From Nanobdella aerobiophila (GTDB taxonomy: Archaea > Nanobdellota > Nanobdellia > Nanobdellales > Nanobdellaceae), in NCBI RefSeq assembly GCF_023169545.1, contig NZ_AP019769.1, positions 636,962 to 668,961 on the forward strand: a stretch of 32,000 bases of DNA, in the 5' to 3' direction. Position numbers and translations under genes: made by a program. This document shows, in pieces, positions 28,201 to 32,000 of this stretch (its first letter is position 1; the number at the start of each line of letters is the position of its first letter). The notes beneath the pieces are model-generated. The model worked only from the letters and a program-made list of their open reading frames with translations. It ran no database searches and was not told the origin of the DNA.

Positions 28201-29179
28201 TGCTAATCCAGGACTACCTGTAATAAATATAGAATCTTCAAATGTAAATATAACTAATATAAATATACAAACTAATTTATTTGCATTAAGATTAACAAAT
28301 GGAACAGTAAATATATATAATTCAAATATAAATTCTGGATTATTTGGTATACAAGTAGAAAATCCATCAATATTAAATATATATAATAGTACAATAAATG
28401 GAAATATAGGAGCAATATATGGAACAGGTACATTCCAGAATTCTACAATAGAGAATTCAAATATACAATCAAGTGTGTGGGGTATATATGATAATAATCC
28501 AGAAAATATTATAATAAATAATAATAATATTAATGCGAATATATTTGGTATAGATTTAGATGGAAATGCGATAAATAATACGATAAATAATAATAATGTT
28601 GATAGTAATATATTTGGTATAAAATTAAATAATGGATATAATAATTATATAGAAAATAATAATATTGATAGTAATATATTTGGTATAGATTTAGGATCAG
28701 GAAATAATTATATATTAAATGATTTAATAAAAGTAGGATCTGTATTTGGATTATATGAAACAAATAATAATTATATTAATAATGTTACAGCATATGGAGG
28801 AATATTCGGACTTAATATATATGGTAATGCATCAAATATATATGATTATAATTCACAGTTAGGTGTAGCTATAAATAATAATGGAACTATAAATAATTTA
28901 ACTGTATCAACAGGAACTATTGATATAAATTATATAGGTTCAGGATTTATTAATAATGCAAATAGTTTTGCAAGTTCAATAATAAATAATACTATACAAT
29001 ATAACTTTGCTTCTGGAATATTATTAATAGGGTCATTAAATGCTAATATTACATTTACAAATATACCTACAGGTAATTATATAATAGAAAAGATAGTAGG
29101 AGGTTCAGGAAATATAATATCTACAAATAATACATTTAGTCCATCCGGTTTTGGTATTTATGCATTGTATTATTCATAA
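25217..29179 (+). CDS. Giant secreted surface protein: signal peptide, duplicated module, Ig-like region, C-terminal parallel beta-helix
   Basis: Signal-like MTIKYNILKYSILLFSIGFISLSINS. The duplicated module covers aa ~35-507. Beta-rich repeats follow (SITNISISPNTETIVSGQSLTSNITIYLNNTY, VTPGTNTVYLRY). NosD-like repeats (GNYNYIENNNIDSNIFGIDLGSGNNYI) sit near the C-terminus. Confidence 0.78.
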   Translation: MTIKYNILKYSILLFSIGFISLSINSQNYYAVTLTNTQSIPTPAPFQQDIAICNGSTSLVQNPYFSIVGNASSTGSTSASVTLPTGANIYLCNGGDGNGALSSYSWTAQETTQNTYASLGYQSSNVCSDSSGSTDIVVGGVAINTNEYENFVGTTFNGVNSFSYTYNVTNTSNVVISVACGWYACTSVTLPSGCQKLFDTIGGDTYETTVMGVCYNQTAGSYTVSGSLNGGGYVSVGIYEFSTIPPRLNTSLSYVNNITLYNEINSNGSNVYFFSNPSNPTGSLLYSWYEGQENTNGVSCDIWWVNISNGIPANSNITIYMDIGNTSTNYYSQYYPYVGVSYNVLGTFNYDNGNYVFNYYEKWGNLSSLPVGWNNLDSVSVSFSQNYTSFVQTSSNNYWYGLYYPLSNSNLQNRPLLLLSYYYSYPNGNTNYFGITSQTPVVSNTNYYTYYVTQTSPGYYNSLLYVSSGTATDTIGYLVYVPGSITGSYFNLYWTAVASYPPNGVMPSINIFYASPILNSLNFNQSIVNSYPGQNATIEGTIYINNPYNIETSISLSCISSSTVNCYIPNYCITNTNQCNFNINANSNNISNYSIEVLGKNQFSSVQNNFTLEILSAPISITNISISPNTETIVSGQSLTSNITIYLNNTYQGNTIIHLSCNSPSPNIYCNIYPNIITTNNNITYSELYINTSENTTMNNYTITVTASNSYSSINGYEYLTVYPYPIIYIISPNNNTISNYYGLNLTFYTNYPNVNITINGNTYNINVTPGTNTVYLRYNNSSNGLPSLYNIIPNGGNISIELNIESPTGLTNNTGIYNYQLPAPIFNVSYTSPTPSNGYISNLWLLQIYGNVYDNTEGIDYCNIQFLNQSNNQWVTISSSTECNDVFYNGLLQEYSKYNGQYYQLYYRIYGYNNYGLYNITPEQVIYFSPNSQNITVINNSLTNNQINNIIQGSINNNIPIVVFPQGIYLVNLNINPQGKNIELLGSGNVLFEPANPGLPVINIESSNVNITNINIQTNLFALRLTNGTVNIYNSNINSGLFGIQVENPSILNIYNSTINGNIGAIYGTGTFQNSTIENSNIQSSVWGIYDNNPENIIINNNNINANIFGIDLDGNAINNTINNNNVDSNIFGIKLNNGYNNYIENNNIDSNIFGIDLGSGNNYILNDLIKVGSVFGLYETNNNYINNVTAYGGIFGLNIYGNASNIYDYNSQLGVAINNNGTINNLTVSTGTIDINYIGSGFINNANSFASSIINNTIQYNFASGILLIGSLNANITFTNIPTGNYIIEKIVGGSGNIISTNNTFSPSGFGIYALYYS
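25321..26736 (+). repeat. Direct repeat copy 2 (1,416 bp)
   Basis: Same sequence as 22598-24013 at a constant 2,723-bp offset, flanked by unrelated downstream sequence. Confidence 0.95.
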
Positions 29180-29247
29180 TTTTTTAATTTCATTATTGAT
29201 ATTATTAATATAAGTTTTAAATTCAAACTTTATAAGTATAAATATAT

Positions 29248-29331
29248 GCCGTGGTGCCCGAGCGGCCCAAGGGGATGGATTGCTAATCCATTCTCCGTAA
29301 GGAGACGTGGGTTCAAATCCCACCCACGGCG
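29248..29331 (+). tRNA. tRNA-Ser(GCU)
   Basis: GCCGTGGTGCCCGAGCGGCCCAAGGGGATGGATTGCTAATCCATTCTCCGTAAGGAGACGTGGGTTCAAATCCCACCCACGGCG. Long variable arm, GCT anticodon, G73 discriminator. Confidence 0.93.
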
Positions 29332-29379
29332 TAAAGAACTTATATTAACTTTTAAAATCTTTTAAAATATTTATTACCT

Positions 29380-29982
29380 ATGGCTCATGGTCCTATATAT
29401 ATAGTCAAATATAGAAGGAGGAGAGAAAATAAAACAGATTATAGGAAAAGATTAAAATTATTAAAATCTAGAAAATTAAGATTGGTTGTAAGAAAATCTT
29501 TAAATAATATTCAATGTCAAATAGTACAATATAATAAAGATGGTGATAAAACCTTATTAACAATACATTCAAAAATATTAGAAAAAGAATTTGGATGGAA
29601 AGGCCATAGAGGAAATATTCCAACTGCATATTTAACAGGTTTACTAACAGGTTTAGAAGCTAAGAAAAAAGGAATCGAAGAAATAATACTAGATATAGGA
29701 AGATATAATAAAACAAAAGGAAATTTATTATTTGCTGTACTAAAAGGTGCCATAGACTCTAACATTAATATAAAATATAGCGAAGATCTATTACCAACAG
29801 ATGACAGGATAAAAGGAGAACATATAAAGAAATATGCAGAATTATTAAAAGAAAAAGATGAAAATTTATATAAAAAACAATTTTCAGAATATTTAAAAAA
29901 AGGGTTAGAACCGGAAAAGATAGTTCAACACTTTGAAGAAGTAAAGAAAAATATATTAAATAAATATGGACTGGAAAGATAA
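29380..29982 (+). CDS. 50S ribosomal protein L18 (uL18)
   Basis: YRRRRENKTDYRKRLKLLKSRKLRLVVRKSLNNIQCQIV, AYLTGLLTGLEAKKKGIEEIILDIG and GNLLFAVLKGAIDSNINI. Confidence 0.93.
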   Translation: MAHGPIYIVKYRRRRENKTDYRKRLKLLKSRKLRLVVRKSLNNIQCQIVQYNKDGDKTLLTIHSKILEKEFGWKGHRGNIPTAYLTGLLTGLEAKKKGIEEIILDIGRYNKTKGNLLFAVLKGAIDSNINIKYSEDLLPTDDRIKGEHIKKYAELLKEKDENLYKKQFSEYLKKGLEPEKIVQHFEEVKKNILNKYGLER

Positions 29983-30211
29983 TTTAGATCCGATTCTAAA
30001 GGATTTTTTGAAAGCGCTATTATCAGAAACAAAAGAATATAAAGACATATATATAAAATCTGAAGATCCTGCAAAGGCACAGATATGGATAGCCTTAGCT
30101 TTATTATATAGAAAATATATATCTTTAGAATCAAAAATAAATGAGCTAGAGAATATATTAAATGATAAGGAAGCTAAAGAAAAATTAGAAGAATTTTTAA
30201 AGAAGCTTTAA
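29966..30211 (+). CDS. Small helical protein of unknown function
   Basis: 81-aa charged, probably coiled-coil ORF overlapping the uL18 stop by 17 nt and the convergent uS8 end. No family recognised. Confidence 0.5.
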   Translation: MDWKDNLDPILKDFLKALLSETKEYKDIYIKSEDPAKAQIWIALALLYRKYISLESKINELENILNDKEAKEKLEEFLKKL

Positions 30212-30582
30212 TATATAACTGCCAATAAAGCCCCTCCGTTTTTCTCTTTTTTACATTCTACATTCGTTTTAATTCCTTTGTTTGTTGTTAAAAATAGTAA
30301 TCCCATCCCTCTTGCAGGTAAAAATCTTTTCTCATATTTGTCTATATCTTTATATGATATTGGAAACCTTGGTTTTATTGCTTTACCAAAATTAAACCTA
30401 TCTGAAAATTTTACTATAATTGATTTTCCATCTATATTATAGTTTTCTATATATCCATTGGATTTTAGCTTCTCTAATATAGATAATAATAATTTATTAT
30501 AATAACCGAATCTAACTTCTTTTTTTCCCACATTTATTGAGTTTGTTGCATGTGAGAAGAAATCATTAATTATATCTACCAT
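30208..30582 (-). CDS. 30S ribosomal protein S8 (uS8)
   Basis: DIINDFFSHATNSINVGKKEVRF, LLLSILEKLKSNGYIENY, FPISYKDIDKYEKRFLPARGMGLLFLTTNKGI, KNGGALLAVIY. Confidence 0.92.
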   Translation of the reverse strand: MVDIINDFFSHATNSINVGKKEVRFGYYNKLLLSILEKLKSNGYIENYNIDGKSIIVKFSDRFNFGKAIKPRFPISYKDIDKYEKRFLPARGMGLLFLTTNKGIKTNVECKKEKNGGALLAVIY

Positions 30583-30944
30583 TATTCTCCAGAAACTCTA
30601 AAACCCATTGTCTTTGCCATTTCTCTGAAGCATCTTCCACATATATAAATATTATATCTCCTTATCACTCTATCATGAGAATTGCATATTATACACCTAA
30701 CTGAACCTTTACCAAATTTTCTTTCCTTATTTTCTATACCATACTCCTTTAAAACTTCTATTATAGTTTTATTTTCTTGTATAGACTTATTTACTAGTTC
30801 TTCTATATTTTTTATCTTACCTTCTTTTATTAATTTTCTTATTTCCTCCCTTACGTATTTTGGTGAATTACTCTTTATTATTTTAGTCAATGTTCCTTTT
30901 TTATTTCTTTGTAATTCTACTAAGTATGACCAACTGTTTGGCAT
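30582..30944 (-). CDS. 30S ribosomal protein S14 (uS14) with a long N-terminal extension
   Basis: C-terminal KFGKGSVRCIICNSHDRVIRRYNIYICGRCFREMAKTMGFRVSGE is a zinc-binding archaeal uS14. The preceding ~75 aa are extra. Confidence 0.87.
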   Translation of the reverse strand: MPNSWSYLVELQRNKKGTLTKIIKSNSPKYVREEIRKLIKEGKIKNIEELVNKSIQENKTIIEVLKEYGIENKERKFGKGSVRCIICNSHDRVIRRYNIYICGRCFREMAKTMGFRVSGE

Positions 30945-30998
30945 TTATTATTTTTATATAGTAAAATTTATAAAAAAGATATATACATCTTTTATATC

Positions 30999-32000
30999 TT
31001 GGATGCATATATTGCAGGGATTGATCCTGGGACTAATTTCGCTATAGTTGTAATAAATGAAGATGGTTATATAGTTGATAAAATGAGTGGAAAGAATTTA
31101 GAAGATAAAGATATTATACAGTATATAAATAAATTAAATAATGTTATTATTATATCTACAGATAAAAAAGATATACCGAAAAAAATAATCGAAATAGCAT
31201 CTAAATTGAATATAGGTATATACTATCCTAAAAAAGATATAGATTTAATTACAAAAAAGAAATATTATGAAGATAATAAATTAAAAAATGTATTAGAATC
31301 TGATCATGAATTTGATGCATATATATCTGCAATGGAAGCATTGAAAAATATAAAAGGTATAATAGAAAAAGCAAAGAAGGTAGCTGAAAGCGATGATGAA
31401 TATATAAAAATATTGAGGATAAGCTTCAAAAATAGAAATATAGAACCTGTATCTGCAAAAGAAAAGATAAAAGATAATGAAAGTAAAAATATAGTATATA
31501 AAAAAAGAAAAAAAGTTAGAAAGATAATTAATAATTATGATAGTATTAAGATATTAACAAAAAAGTATATAATTAAAAAAGATGAAGAAGAAATAAAAGC
31601 ATTAAATAAGAAGTATATAGATTCTCTAAATTATATAAATAAACTTTCACTAGAATTATTAAATAGATTAAGAATTAATGATAATATTATACCAAAGGCT
31701 TCATTTTTATACAATAATAATATATCATATAATAAAGTATATATAGATATATATGATACAGATATTAGTAAGATATTATCTAGTAAATCAATGATATATA
31801 TTGAAGAACCTAAAAAGGAGTATATCTCTAAATATAATTATAATTCTATATATATTGTAAAAAATTTTGAAGATCTTAGAAACTTTGTATTAATTAAAGA
31901 ATATTATAAATATGATATTACAGATGTTAAAGAAAATGATGATATTGAAAAAATAAAAAAGTTTATAAAGTTATATAGAAGTACACCCAATTCAAACTGA
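30999..32000 (+). CDS. DUF460-like protein with RNase H-fold N-terminus
   Basis: AGIDPGTNFAIVVINEDGYIVDKMSGK at the N-terminus, ESDHEFDAYISAMEALKNIK, then a charged coiled-coil. Stop codon at 31998-32000. Confidence 0.65.
   Translation: MDAYIAGIDPGTNFAIVVINEDGYIVDKMSGKNLEDKDIIQYINKLNNVIIISTDKKDIPKKIIEIASKLNIGIYYPKKDIDLITKKKYYEDNKLKNVLESDHEFDAYISAMEALKNIKGIIEKAKKVAESDDEYIKILRISFKNRNIEPVSAKEKIKDNESKNIVYKKRKKVRKIINNYDSIKILTKKYIIKKDEEEIKALNKKYIDSLNYINKLSLELLNRLRINDNIIPKASFLYNNNISYNKVYIDIYDTDISKILSSKSMIYIEEPKKEYISKYNYNSIYIVKNFEDLRNFVLIKEYYKYDITDVKENDDIEKIKKFIKLYRSTPNSN

Noticed and set aside
28200-28900. Repeated AT-rich stretches considered as a CRISPR-like array
   Set aside because: The repeats are imperfect, in frame and encode a beta-helix pattern. 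There are no constant-repeat/variable-spacer units and no cas genes.
30682-31047. 121-aa + strand ORF (MHIIHLTEPLP...)
   Set aside because: It lies antisense to uS14, whose zinc-ribbon sequence is unmistakable.

Overview
This is an AT-rich archaeal chromosomal window, probably from a small-genome, DPANN-like lineage (the lineage is inference). It holds housekeeping genes: archaeal ribosomal proteins uL16/L10e, uL30, uS5, eL37, uL15, eL19, uL22, uS3, uL18, uS8 and uS14, plus HisS, apgM-type phosphoglycerate mutase, B12-dependent ribonucleotide reductase NrdJ, a NOG1-like GTPase, Hsp20, a MEMO-like protein, a NurA-like nuclease and a DUF460-like protein. Five tRNA genes are readable: Glu, Leu, Ala, His and Ser. 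An accessory surface region lies at about 21.1-29.2 kb. Its most striking feature is a 1,416-bp direct duplication (22598-24013 and 25321-26736, constant offset 2,723 bp, no indels) that places the same extracellular domain cassette in two otherwise different secreted proteins. tRNA-His and the nurA-like gene lie between the copies. Other points of interest are a GatE gene that ends at about 269 aa, a tRNA-Glu(CUC) gene with C at position 33 and a U10-U25 mismatch, a strong 19-bp hairpin upstream of the large surface-protein gene, a uS14 with a long N-terminal extension, an unannotated eL37 gene, scattered S10/spc-type ribosomal genes and two three-gene clusters of pilin-like proteins. No CRISPR array, transposase or recognisable defence operon was found.
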